From sequence record KJ748011: a DNA stretch of 39,093 bases, one strand, 5' to 3'. Positions 27,233 to 36,736 of this stretch are shown piece after piece. A model generated the notes under the pieces. The model saw only the letters and a program-made list of their open reading frames with translations. It had not been told where the DNA came from and searched no databases. Within the stretch, counting starts at the first letter, position 1. Every line of letters starts with the position of its first letter. The translations under genes and the position numbers were made by a program. Origin of the DNA: Escherichia phage PE3-1.

Positions 27233-29515
27233 ATGGCTAGTAATATTGAATCAGCTCTGGCTAATCGGACTATGGGTCGTGGCAGAGCGCCGGGTAAAAC
27301 TATCGCCGTCAACTATCAAGCAGCCAGCGTTCAGGCTCCAACTGGTGACTCAGGCCTGGCTCGGGCGTTAACCAACTTCGTTGAGTCTGGTACTGGACTA
27401 TACAAGCAGTTCAAGGACGATGAGAAGACCAGAGCTGACGACCGGTCTAACGAGATTATCCGTAAGCTGACACCTCAGCAAAGACGTGAGGCTATCCAGA
27501 ACGGCACATTGCTGTATCAGGATGACCCTTACGCTATGGAAGCACTTCGAGTAAAGACCGGTCGTAACGCTGCCTTTGCGGTGGATGACGAGATTAACGT
27601 TAAGATTCAGAACGGTGAGTTCCGCACACGTCAGGACATGGAAGAGTATCGCCACCAGCGACTTCAGGATGCCGCTAAGTCCTATGCTGAAGAGGCGGGC
27701 ATTAACCCTACCGATGAGTTCTTCCAGCGTGGGTTCAACGATAACATCACAGACCGCAACATCGCTATCTATGGATCTTTCAATAAGTATTTCAGCAAGC
27801 AGTCTGAAGAGACAGCAATGTTGAACACTCGTATTGAGATGAACTCGTTCCTTAACGATGGGGACCTGATGCGTTCGCCTGAGTCTGGAAAGACCTTCAT
27901 GGCCTATCTTCGGGATGGACTGACGACTGCTGCTATCCCTTCTGACCAGCGAGCACGAGAGGTAATTACCCAGACGGTCCGTGACGCAATCCAGAAGTCT
28001 GGCGGCTCAAACTTCCTACAGCAAGTACGAGGCGAGCGAATCACCCTTAACGGTGTGGACGCTACAGTCGAAGAGATTGTGGGACCTGATGTCTTCAACG
28101 CTGCTATTGTTGAGGCACAAGGAACTGAGTACAAGCTGGTGGCTAAGTATCAGGAAGACTTAGCGTTAGGCGTTCAGTCTGCGATTCTTCAGGATGACCC
28201 AACCATTGGTCTTGCCCAGATTCAGAAACTCAAGGAGCAGAACAACCTGCTTCAGTCTGGTGAAGAACTAACGCCTCAGCGTCAGATGCTTATTAATGCC
28301 GAAGCCAGCTTACTGGAAGCGGTCAAGCGTAAGTCCGCTGAACAGGCGAAGGAGAACACTAAGTTAATCCAGACCCAGAACAAGCAACTGGTCATAGACC
28401 AAGTTTATCAGCGACGTCTGGCTGGTGACAACGTGTCCACCAACTATGAGGACCTTCCGGTCTCTGAAGCTACAGGAGAGTTTAAGCGTTCAGACATGAA
28501 CAACTATGCGTCTGCCAAGCTACAGCAGATTGACCAGATGGACATCCCTGAGGCTGCTAAGGATGCTCAGAAGGTGGCATTGTTAAGAGCTGATACCAAC
28601 AATGGCCCATTCCGTAACGCCTTCCAGACTCTTACTCAGGATGCTGATGGTGAGTGGCAAGCTGCGGTCATCCGTGGACAGTACGACCCAGATAAGATGA
28701 AACGCTTCGAGTCTCTTCGTCGTGCCTACACTCAGGACCCTTCAAGTTTTGCTGCTCTGTATCCTGAGCAGGCCCAATTGTTCACGACTTTCGAGCAGAT
28801 GGACAAGATAGGTCTGGACCCTCAGACGCTGATTGAAGCTGATAAACAAGCTGCAAGTCAAAGCCGTGAGATGCGCATTGAGTCAGACAAGGCGTGGCAG
28901 GAGTTGAAGAACGACTCTCGGAATAAGGACCTTTCGCGTCTTCCAACGTCTCTGGACTCAACTGCTCGTAAGGTCTGGGACTCATGGTACTACAGGACAG
29001 GTAACGCTGACGGAGCCACTCAGCATACCCAGAAGTGGTTGAATGAAAACACCGTTACTTTCACCGATGATGGTCAGGATGGTAAGTCCATCGGCATGGT
29101 GTCCCATCATCAACTTATGGTCGGGGATGACCCTGAGTCTTGGAAGGTGGGTCGAGACATCATCGACATAGCTCGCAAGCAGCTCATTAAGGCCAACCCT
29201 TGGGTAGTGAACTCTCAGTTGTCCGTTGTTGAACAGAACGGCTCTATCTTCCTCCAAGACGCTACAGGGACTATTCGTATTCGATACGATAAAGAACTTG
29301 TAGGTAAACTCTACCGCGAACAACAGCAGAAGGCACAAGATGCCGCATACGCTCAGGCAGAACGTGACGCTAACAAGCGAGCGCGTATCGTCGGGACTAA
29401 AGCTGCTGGTGACAAACGTCGAGCTGACCAAGAGGCCAACATCGAGAAGCGCGGTGGGGTGTACAATGACGTCTCACTGGAGGGTATCGCAAACGTACTA
29501 ATTGGTAAGGAGTAA
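27233..29515 (+). CDS. 15: Internal virion (core) protein gp15
   Basis: 760 aa; size and synteny with T7 gp15. Confidence 0.9.
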   Translation: MASNIESALANRTMGRGRAPGKTIAVNYQAASVQAPTGDSGLARALTNFVESGTGLYKQFKDDEKTRADDRSNEIIRKLTPQQRREAIQNGTLLYQDDPYAMEALRVKTGRNAAFAVDDEINVKIQNGEFRTRQDMEEYRHQRLQDAAKSYAEEAGINPTDEFFQRGFNDNITDRNIAIYGSFNKYFSKQSEETAMLNTRIEMNSFLNDGDLMRSPESGKTFMAYLRDGLTTAAIPSDQRAREVITQTVRDAIQKSGGSNFLQQVRGERITLNGVDATVEEIVGPDVFNAAIVEAQGTEYKLVAKYQEDLALGVQSAILQDDPTIGLAQIQKLKEQNNLLQSGEELTPQRQMLINAEASLLEAVKRKSAEQAKENTKLIQTQNKQLVIDQVYQRRLAGDNVSTNYEDLPVSEATGEFKRSDMNNYASAKLQQIDQMDIPEAAKDAQKVALLRADTNNGPFRNAFQTLTQDADGEWQAAVIRGQYDPDKMKRFESLRRAYTQDPSSFAALYPEQAQLFTTFEQMDKIGLDPQTLIEADKQAASQSREMRIESDKAWQELKNDSRNKDLSRLPTSLDSTARKVWDSWYYRTGNADGATQHTQKWLNENTVTFTDDGQDGKSIGMVSHHQLMVGDDPESWKVGRDIIDIARKQLIKANPWVVNSQLSVVEQNGSIFLQDATGTIRIRYDKELVGKLYREQQQKAQDAAYAQAERDANKRARIVGTKAAGDKRRADQEANIEKRGGVYNDVSLEGIANVLIGKE

Positions 29516-29519
29516 CATA

Positions 29520-32500
29520 ATGGCGACTCGTGGTATTCGCAATAACAATCCGGGTAACATCCGGGTAAGTAAGGACCAATGGGAAGGAATGACTGGAGAT
29601 GATGGCGCATTCGTCACATTCGATAGTCCAGAGTCTGGCGTCCGAGCTTTAGGTAAAAACCTGCTGTCCTACGGTCGCCAAGGTTATGACTCCATCGAGA
29701 AGATTATCAACCGATGGGCACCTCCTAACGAGAACGACACTAAGGCTTATATTGACTCAGTGGTGGCTGCAACTGGTATTCCAGCTACCCAGAGTCTCGA
29801 CCTATCGGACCCTGACACCCTGTCTTCTCTGGCTCAAGCTATCAGCTTCCATGAGACAGGCTCCCGGTACGACCCTGAAGTCTATCAGAAGGGAGTCGCA
29901 CGAGCACTCAATGGCATTAGCCCAAAGACTCCACCAGTAAGCGCTAACGTATTTGACGCACTCACGGAAGGACTCAAGGCTAAACCTAAAGTAGCTCTTG
30001 GTGAGAACCTTCCGACCGCTGCTGGTCTGAACATTGAGGGTCAAGCACCTGAAGCTCCCAACGAATCGTTCGGTGAGATGTTCTATAAGTCTACTGGCGA
30101 GACCATGCAGGAACGAGAGGACCGCTCTACGTGGTTCGGTTTTGGTTCTGCTACAGAATCTGAAGTGAAGAACTCTATGGTCGGCGTGGCTATCCGCGCT
30201 GGTCAGACCGAGGACTCACTTGATGTCATTGGCGATGTGTTCAACCCGACCCGCTGGAACAACCATAAGTGGTCTCGTGAGGAGCTGGACCAGATTCGTA
30301 ACGCTGGAGTTCTTCCTCAGTATTACGGGGTCATTACTGGTGGCTCCCCTCAGAACCTGACCGAGCTTATTAACTTGGCGCTTGAGAACCAGAAGTTGGA
30401 CCAAGAGAAGGCCAAGGCCGGGATTGGTGCTCAGTTAGCTGCTGGTGTGATTGGTGCTGGTGTAGACCCGCTGACCTACGTTCCTATCGCTGGACAGGTT
30501 GGTAAAGGCGGTAAGCTGGTCAACAAGATGTTCACCGTGGCTGCTCAATCTGGAGCACTGGCTGGTGTGTCGGAGATGGCCCGTACCTCAGTGGCTGGTG
30601 GTGATGCTCATGTGGCTGAGGCTATCCTTGGCGGTGCTCTCTTCGGTGGCGGTATGACTGCTATCGCTGATGGTTTAGGCAGAGCCTTAGGTCGCAACAC
30701 TAATGAGTTTGCTGGTCCAGCTACACGTCTGGAAGCTCGTGAGACCGCTCGTAACGTTGATGGTCAGGACCTGTCTCGTCTCCCTATTCAGGAAGGTGAG
30801 CAGACCTTTAGTCATCAAGGCGTTAAGTTCGCTGACGTTCCGAACGAGCCGGGTAGTGTACGACTGGAAGATGGTTCAATCCTGATTGGTGAGAACCTTC
30901 TGAACCCTAAGACACGTCAAGTCTTTGACGAAGTGATTGAGCCTGAACGTGCCGCTGCGGGTGTGAACCTTGGTGGGCTAACTGAGATTGGCCTGAAGCT
31001 GCTTCGGTCTGAGAACCCTGAGATTCGTGGAGTCGCTGCGGACTTAGTGCGTTCACCGACTGGTATGCAGTCCGGTGCCTCAGGTAAAATCGGGACCACT
31101 GCGTCAGACGTATTCGAGAGACTTCGTGCTGTGGACCATCGGTTCTACAACGACATCGACGATGCGGTTACTGAGGCACTAAAGGACCCGTACTTCCAGA
31201 CAGCATTCTGGCGAGACTCTGGCGCATTCCGTCAGGACGTCTACCAGCGTGTGTCTATGGCTATCGAAGATGGTAGCGGAAACCTGAAGGCTGAACTGAC
31301 TCCGGGAGAACTGAAAGTCTATGACCTGCTGAAGAACCAGTTCGACGCCAAGCGTGAGATGATGGAGAACCCAGCGATGTTTGGTCGTCCAGACGCTCAG
31401 TCTATCTTTCCTGGTAGCCGCTTCAAGGGAACCTACGTCCCGCATGTGTATAGTAACCAGATGAAGGAGCTGTACATCAAGGAGCTTGGAAGTCCAGAGG
31501 CACTACAGGAGGCCATCAAGAAATCATGGTTGACCAGCTATGCGTCTCGACCTGAAGTCAAGAAACGTGTGGACGAGGCACTCTTAGAGTCTGACCCTAC
31601 GTTGACTCCAGAAGGACTTGCGGCTGCTGTCGATAAGTACGCCAACGATAAGGCTTACGGTATCTCTCACACCGAGAAGTTCGAACGCTCATCCGTAATG
31701 GAAGAGAATATCAACGGTCTGGTTGGTCTGGAGAACAACAGCTTCCTTGAGGCTCGTAACCTGTTCGATAGTGATATGTCAATCGTCCTGCCTAACGGTC
31801 AGACCTTCAGTGTCAACAACCTTCGTGAGTGGGACATGGACAAGATTGTCCCGGCCTACAACCGTCGAGTTAATGGCGATATTGCTATCATGGCTGGTAC
31901 AGGCAAAACCACGAAGGACATGAAGGACTTGGTTGAGACCATGATGAACAAGGCTGGGGATGACGGTAAGTTGAAAGGTGAAGTATCTACCTTACGTGAC
32001 ACCTTGAAGATTCTCACTGGTCGTGCTCGACGTGATGGTGCTGATGATGCAGCCTTCGCTACCGTGATGCGCACAATGACAGACCTATCGTTCTTCGCTA
32101 AGAATGCCTACATGGGTGTTCAGAACTTAACGGAGATTGGTGGTATGCTGGCTCGTGGTAACGTTCGTGCGCTGCTTCATGGAGTCCCGATGTTCCGTGA
32201 CCTAGCCTTCCGTAACAAGAAGGTAGGAGCCTCAGAGATTAAGGACCTTCACAATGTTCTCTTCGGTAAGGAACTTGATGACTCAATCCGTCCGTCTAAA
32301 CAGGATGTCATCGACCGTCTGCGGTCTTACAGTGACCTCGGTCGTGGTACGGCTACAGCTCTGGGGACTGCCAAGTATTACACTGGTGAACTTGCAGTAC
32401 GCTCTCCGTTCACTAAAGTCCTCAACGGTACGACCAACTACCTGTTAGATGCTGGACGTCAGGGATTCCTGTCTGACATCGTGGAGCATAGTCTGACTGG

Positions 32501-33407
32501 CAGTAAGCGTCGGTTCGATGACCGCTGGCTGAAGACCGCTGGTATCTCTGACGAGCAGTGGAAGGGCATTAAGTCCCTAATCCGTGAGTCAGTGACTCGT
32601 GGTCCAGACGGGAAGTACACCATCAAGGATAAGAAGGCGTTCAGTCAGGATCCAAGGGCTATGGACCTGTGGCGTATGGGTGACACCATCGCTGATGAAA
32701 CGTTACTACGACCTTATAAGCTGTCTAACATGGATGCCAAGGCTTATGGCCCTATCGCTAAGACTGTCCTTCAGTTTAAGAACTTCGTCATCAAGTCCAT
32801 CAATGGTCGAACCATGCGAACCTTCTATAACGCCACGAAGAACAACCGAGCGATGGACGCTGCACTGTCTACTGTGATGTCTATGGGTCTGTCTGGTATC
32901 TACTACATGGCTCAAGCTCACGTCAAGGCTTACGCTATGCAGGATGGTCGAGACCGTGAATACCTCAAGCAAGCTCTGGACCCGACGATGATTGGCTATG
33001 CGGCTCTGTCCCGTAGTTCACATCTGGGTGGACCACTTGGAGTCGCCAACATTCTTGGTGGTATCGCTGGGTATGAGGACACTAAGATGCTCCGTTCGTC
33101 TATCCTCCCTCGTTCACCTACAGAGAAGCCTGAACGTGCTTTCACATATGGTGCGTCTACAAGTGACCCTGTGATGAATATTGTTGGTAACTTCTTGGAG
33201 CAGGTTCCAGCTTTCGGATATGCTGCTAACGTTGGCGCTTCGGCTTACAACTTGGCTGGCTACCTAAAGGCTGATACTCGTGTCAACGAGCGTGACTACA
33301 TGACCGGGATGTATAATACGTTCCGTGAACTGGTTCCGAACGACCCAATTACCCAGAAGTTGCTGCTTGGAACGTTTGAGGAGCAAGGCATCCACATCAA
33401 GGACTAA
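29520..33407 (+). CDS. 16: Internal virion protein gp16 (ejectosome component) with a non-T7 N-terminal domain
   Basis: Central and C-terminal regions collinear with T7 gp16 (WFGFG, GVDPLTYVP, RSPTGMQSGASGK, ENPAMFG, RVNGDIAIM, GTTNYLLDA, RAMDLWR); start at ATG 29520 with AAGGAG RBS. Confidence 0.95.
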   Translation: MATRGIRNNNPGNIRVSKDQWEGMTGDDGAFVTFDSPESGVRALGKNLLSYGRQGYDSIEKIINRWAPPNENDTKAYIDSVVAATGIPATQSLDLSDPDTLSSLAQAISFHETGSRYDPEVYQKGVARALNGISPKTPPVSANVFDALTEGLKAKPKVALGENLPTAAGLNIEGQAPEAPNESFGEMFYKSTGETMQEREDRSTWFGFGSATESEVKNSMVGVAIRAGQTEDSLDVIGDVFNPTRWNNHKWSREELDQIRNAGVLPQYYGVITGGSPQNLTELINLALENQKLDQEKAKAGIGAQLAAGVIGAGVDPLTYVPIAGQVGKGGKLVNKMFTVAAQSGALAGVSEMARTSVAGGDAHVAEAILGGALFGGGMTAIADGLGRALGRNTNEFAGPATRLEARETARNVDGQDLSRLPIQEGEQTFSHQGVKFADVPNEPGSVRLEDGSILIGENLLNPKTRQVFDEVIEPERAAAGVNLGGLTEIGLKLLRSENPEIRGVAADLVRSPTGMQSGASGKIGTTASDVFERLRAVDHRFYNDIDDAVTEALKDPYFQTAFWRDSGAFRQDVYQRVSMAIEDGSGNLKAELTPGELKVYDLLKNQFDAKREMMENPAMFGRPDAQSIFPGSRFKGTYVPHVYSNQMKELYIKELGSPEALQEAIKKSWLTSYASRPEVKKRVDEALLESDPTLTPEGLAAAVDKYANDKAYGISHTEKFERSSVMEENINGLVGLENNSFLEARNLFDSDMSIVLPNGQTFSVNNLREWDMDKIVPAYNRRVNGDIAIMAGTGKTTKDMKDLVETMMNKAGDDGKLKGEVSTLRDTLKILTGRARRDGADDAAFATVMRTMTDLSFFAKNAYMGVQNLTEIGGMLARGNVRALLHGVPMFRDLAFRNKKVGASEIKDLHNVLFGKELDDSIRPSKQDVIDRLRSYSDLGRGTATALGTAKYYTGELAVRSPFTKVLNGTTNYLLDAGRQGFLSDIVEHSLTGSKRRFDDRWLKTAGISDEQWKGIKSLIRESVTRGPDGKYTIKDKKAFSQDPRAMDLWRMGDTIADETLLRPYKLSNMDAKAYGPIAKTVLQFKNFVIKSINGRTMRTFYNATKNNRAMDAALSTVMSMGLSGIYYMAQAHVKAYAMQDGRDREYLKQALDPTMIGYAALSRSSHLGGPLGVANILGGIAGYEDTKMLRSSILPRSPTEKPERAFTYGASTSDPVMNIVGNFLEQVPAFGYAANVGASAYNLAGYLKADTRVNERDYMTGMYNTFRELVPNDPITQKLLLGTFEEQGIHIKD

Positions 33408-33425
33408 ACTATCACTATAGGAAAC
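33404..33425 (+). promoter_or_regulatory. Phage RNAP promoter CTAAACTATCACTATAGGAAAC (phi17 position)
   Basis: Consensus match upstream of the tail fiber gene. Confidence 0.85.
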
Positions 33426-33472
33426 GGGAGGCGCTACCATAGGTCTCCCTTTAATTCATAACAGGAGGCATA

Positions 33473-35659
33473 ATGTCCACTATTACACAATTCCCTTCAG
33501 GAAACACTCAGTACAGGATTGAGTTCGACTACCTAGCCAGAACGTTCGTTGTTGTTACGCTGGTGAATAGCTCTAACCCTGCCATGAACCGTGTACTGGA
33601 AGTTGGTCGAGATTACCGATTCCTTAATCCAACGATGATTGAGATGTTGATTGACCAATCAGGTTTCGACATCGTTCGTATTCACCGTCAGACTGGAACT
33701 GACTTAGTGGTAGACTTCAGGAATGGCTCAGTGTTGACAGCTAGTGACCTGACCAATGCAGAGCTTCAGGCTATCCATATTGCAGAAGAAGGTCGAGACC
33801 AAACGGTTGACTTAGCTAAGGAATATGCCGATGCTGCTAGTAGCTCTGCTGGCAGCGCTAAGGATAGCGAGGACGAAGCACGACGAATCGCTGAGAATAT
33901 CAAGGCATCTGGTCTAATTGGCCATATTACCCGTCGCTCCTTCGAGAAAGGCTTCAACGTTACAACATGGAACGAGGTCCTGCTATGGGAAGAGGATGGT
34001 GATTATTACCGCTGGGATGGTACGCTTCCAAAGAACGTTCCTGCTGGTTCAACTCCTGAAACTTCCGGTGGTATTGGGCTGGGCGCGTGGGTTAGTGTTG
34101 GGGACGCGTCATTAAGAAGCGCACTTAAAACAAATAATGGTTCCAATTTAGTTGGGACTAATAACGGATTAACTGTTCAACAACGATTAAATTTAGACCG
34201 CGCAGACATCTCTAATTACGGGTATGTTTATGGTAGTGGTGCTGATGGTAAAGACGCGGTGCTATCAGCCGTATCGGACCACGGGTACGCACACGTAACT
34301 GGCGCCACGACATTATCGAGTTTTGATTGGCCTGAAGGAGCCAGATTGACAGGAAAGGCCACCATCACATACACAAGGCTACCAAACGTTCCATGTGAAC
34401 TTGATAGTGAAATACCTGTAGACCATTCACTGATGAAGGCTGTATACGTTCATCGCGTGTTTGATATTTGTGACATGTTACAACTAAAAACCGCCGGGTT
34501 TAATACGCTAATTCACTACGGTCAAGCGTGGACAAACGGTGGGAATATGGAAAAGGCCTGTAACGCCGCAGAAGCTGTTGGGCTTAAACTTATACTTGGT
34601 GGGCCAGTATACGGGCAGACAAACACTCCGGCTACAGACCTTGACAGCAGAGATTGCGTTATCGGCTATTACTTGTTTGATGAACCGCAAAATAATTCAG
34701 TAAGCAGAGCAGTGCAAGAAACGCGCATCTCGGCATTTAAATCATTCACAGAAAAATCATTATGCATAGCTGAAAATGGTATTTTTGGGTTTGACTCAAA
34801 TACACACCCGAACGGTTATGGTGGTACTGGATATGATATTATATTTGCAGACGCGTATTACCATGATGACTGGGATGATGCCCGGAATAAGCGACAGGCT
34901 GTTATTGGGTGGGGGGAACTGAAGTATAAATGTCCCACATCAAGAATTGTACCTTGTGTTGGATTGTTTACAACTGACGCAAATGGTGGTTCTGACAACT
35001 TCAAAAACAAAGCAAAACAGATAGCTTTCGCTAAGAAGTTTTTTAACATGGGTGACGGTGAGTATGCGGCGTTCTCGTGGGAGACACAACTCATCGTAAA
35101 CACACACAACACATTGACCACCGATACTGATTTGTATGCTTTAGGGAAAGAATTAAATTCTGCACCTAGACAAAAACCTTATGACATAGATGTGTATGCA
35201 TTTTACCCGGATAGAATGGGTGGAGCTATGCAGTTGTACAATGACAAGTACAGTTCTGCCGATGTCACACCATTCCAGACTATCAATACCGGGAGCGTAC
35301 AAGGTGAGCGTAACACTACATTTAAACAGGGTGGTATTGCGGCAAGAAACACTGGCGGTGTGTTTGCTACGAGGATGAAGAACCACGGCTACATAGCCTT
35401 TGAGCTGTATTATTTTAATGGGGCAGATTCTGCGAATACTTCAGCAGCAATAACAACATGTACTGATGACTTCTACACTAATACAGAGCAATTAACATTC
35501 ACGTACAATAATTCAAATAACGCGTGGATTAAGTCTGTTGAAACAGCTCCCAATTTGGGTGTTGGTATAAAGCTTGTTCCTTCGGCGTCGTACAACATGC
35601 GGTGGAAGATGGTGCGCGGAGGGATTATCGATTGCTCGTGGAGGGGAGAGGAGATATAG
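33473..35659 (+). CDS. 17: Tail fiber / receptor-binding protein: T7 gp17-like N-terminal anchor fused to a distinct C-terminal domain (possible glycan depolymerase)
   Basis: First ~150 aa parallel T7 gp17 (FDYLARTFVVVTLV, RDYRF, DFRNGSVLTASDLTNAELQAIHIAEEGRD); the remaining ~570 aa have no T7 similarity and sit in visibly AT-richer DNA. Confidence 0.9.
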   Translation: MSTITQFPSGNTQYRIEFDYLARTFVVVTLVNSSNPAMNRVLEVGRDYRFLNPTMIEMLIDQSGFDIVRIHRQTGTDLVVDFRNGSVLTASDLTNAELQAIHIAEEGRDQTVDLAKEYADAASSSAGSAKDSEDEARRIAENIKASGLIGHITRRSFEKGFNVTTWNEVLLWEEDGDYYRWDGTLPKNVPAGSTPETSGGIGLGAWVSVGDASLRSALKTNNGSNLVGTNNGLTVQQRLNLDRADISNYGYVYGSGADGKDAVLSAVSDHGYAHVTGATTLSSFDWPEGARLTGKATITYTRLPNVPCELDSEIPVDHSLMKAVYVHRVFDICDMLQLKTAGFNTLIHYGQAWTNGGNMEKACNAAEAVGLKLILGGPVYGQTNTPATDLDSRDCVIGYYLFDEPQNNSVSRAVQETRISAFKSFTEKSLCIAENGIFGFDSNTHPNGYGGTGYDIIFADAYYHDDWDDARNKRQAVIGWGELKYKCPTSRIVPCVGLFTTDANGGSDNFKNKAKQIAFAKKFFNMGDGEYAAFSWETQLIVNTHNTLTTDTDLYALGKELNSAPRQKPYDIDVYAFYPDRMGGAMQLYNDKYSSADVTPFQTINTGSVQGERNTTFKQGGIAARNTGGVFATRMKNHGYIAFELYYFNGADSANTSAAITTCTDDFYTNTEQLTFTYNNSNNAWIKSVETAPNLGVGIKLVPSASYNMRWKMVRGGIIDCSWRGEEI

Positions 35660-35730
35660 ACTAACTACACGCTGACTAGCGTATGTAACAACTTTGGGTC
35701 ACGGACGACCCGCTTTAAACTGGAGGTTTT

Positions 35731-35925
35731 ATGATTGAGTTAGACTTCAAGAATGAGGTCCTTAAAGCCTCTCCTATAGTCGGGACCGCTGCGGCTGATG
35801 GTGCCAGTCGGTTCTTCTTCGGACTTACACTGAACGAATGGTTCTACGTTGCAGCTATCGCGTACACCGTTGTCCAGATTGGTGTGCTAGTCTACAAAAC
35901 GATTAAAGGAGGTGGTAAAACATGA
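35731..35925 (+). CDS. 17.5: Class II holin (gp17.5)
   Basis: 64 aa; LDF.NE..KA.PIVGT...D...R.FFGL.LNEWFYVAAIAYTVVQIG nearly identical in pattern to T7 holin. Confidence 0.93.
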   Translation: MIELDFKNEVLKASPIVGTAAADGASRFFFGLTLNEWFYVAAIAYTVVQIGVLVYKTIKGGGKT

Positions 35926-36185
35926 CGCAGATGGACTTAGAGAAGTTCCTCTTGATGCTTGATACTGAACGTGCTCGACTCATGCTGCAAGACTTGCGGG
36001 ATGACACTAAGCGTTCACCTCAGCTCTACAACGCCATTGAGAAGCTGCTTGCTCGTCACAACTTCGTGTTAAGTAAGGTGTCTGTGGACGAGAAGACGCT
36101 GGCTGATATGGAGGCCCTGAACGCAGAGTACGATAAGGTGCTTTCAGCGACTGAGGATAATGACACCGGGTATGGCGTTCAATAA
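35922..36185 (+). CDS. 18: Terminase small subunit (gp18)
   Basis: 87 aa; LEMLDT, RSPQLYNAI, HNF.LSKV.VDE.TL..MEA parallel T7 gp18. Confidence 0.9.
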   Translation: MTQMDLEKFLLMLDTERARLMLQDLRDDTKRSPQLYNAIEKLLARHNFVLSKVSVDEKTLADMEALNAEYDKVLSATEDNDTGYGVQ

Positions 36186-36189
36186 GTGT

Positions 36190-36233
36190 TAGACTCAAGG
36201 TCATTACTATATGTAGTGGCCTTTATGGTTAAC
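36190..36233 (+). promoter_or_regulatory. RNase III processing hairpin (R18.5-like)
   Basis: TTAGACTCAAGGTCAT..(11 nt)..GTGGCCTTTATGGTTA; third copy of the conserved arms, located before Rz as in T7. Confidence 0.65.
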
Positions 36234-36286
36234 ACTAACTAGTGGAGGCGACTCTACGTAAAATCTGATAAACCGGGAGGGCAACT

Positions 36287-36736
36287 ATGCTCGAATTTTT
36301 AAAGAGAGCGGCTCCGTGGTTACTTGCAGCAGTGATGTTTGCTGGTGGCTACCACACCGCTAACAATAAGTGGGAGGCTAAGGTCAATGCAGAATACACC
36401 TCGAATCTTAAGGCATCGGAAGATACAAGGCTTGCTGTCCAAGCTGAAGTCAACAAAGTGTCCAAACGGTTTCAGGACGAAATGTCCTCGCTGGAAGGCA
36501 GCACTGATAGGATTATTGCTGACCTTCAGTCTGACAATAAGCGGCTGCGCATCCGAGTCAAACCTACGAGTGGAGCCACGCAAAGTGACGGTCGATGCAT
36601 CGTTGATGGTTACGCCGAACTTGACGAACGAGATGCTAAACGTCTTATCGCCATCGGAGTGAAAGGAGACAAGTGGATTAAGGCCCTTCAGGACACTGTG
36701 AGAGCCTTGCAGCAAGATAAGGAGGTGACGCATTGA
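36287..36736 (+). CDS. 18.5: Rz-like i-spanin (gp18.5)
   Basis: 149 aa; MLEFL, N-terminal TM segment, [42 protein letters not shown] match T7 gp18.5. Confidence 0.93.
   Translation: MLEFLKRAAPWLLAAVMFAGGYHTANNKWEAKVNAEYTSNLKASEDTRLAVQAEVNKVSKRFQDEMSSLEGSTDRIIADLQSDNKRLRIRVKPTSGATQSDGRCIVDGYAELDERDAKRLIAIGVKGDKWIKALQDTVRALQQDKEVTH
36387..36662 (+). CDS. 18.7: Rz1-like o-spanin lipoprotein embedded in the +1 frame of Rz (gp18.7)
   Basis: Lipobox LTISGC after a hydrophobic stretch, Pro-containing short mature region; ATG 36387 is the only in-frame ATG upstream of the lipobox, about 100 nt into Rz; start uncertain. Confidence 0.6.
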   Translation: MQNTPRILRHRKIQGLLSKLKSTKCPNGFRTKCPRWKAALIGLLLTFSLTISGCASESNLRVEPRKVTVDASLMVTPNLTNEMLNVLSPSE

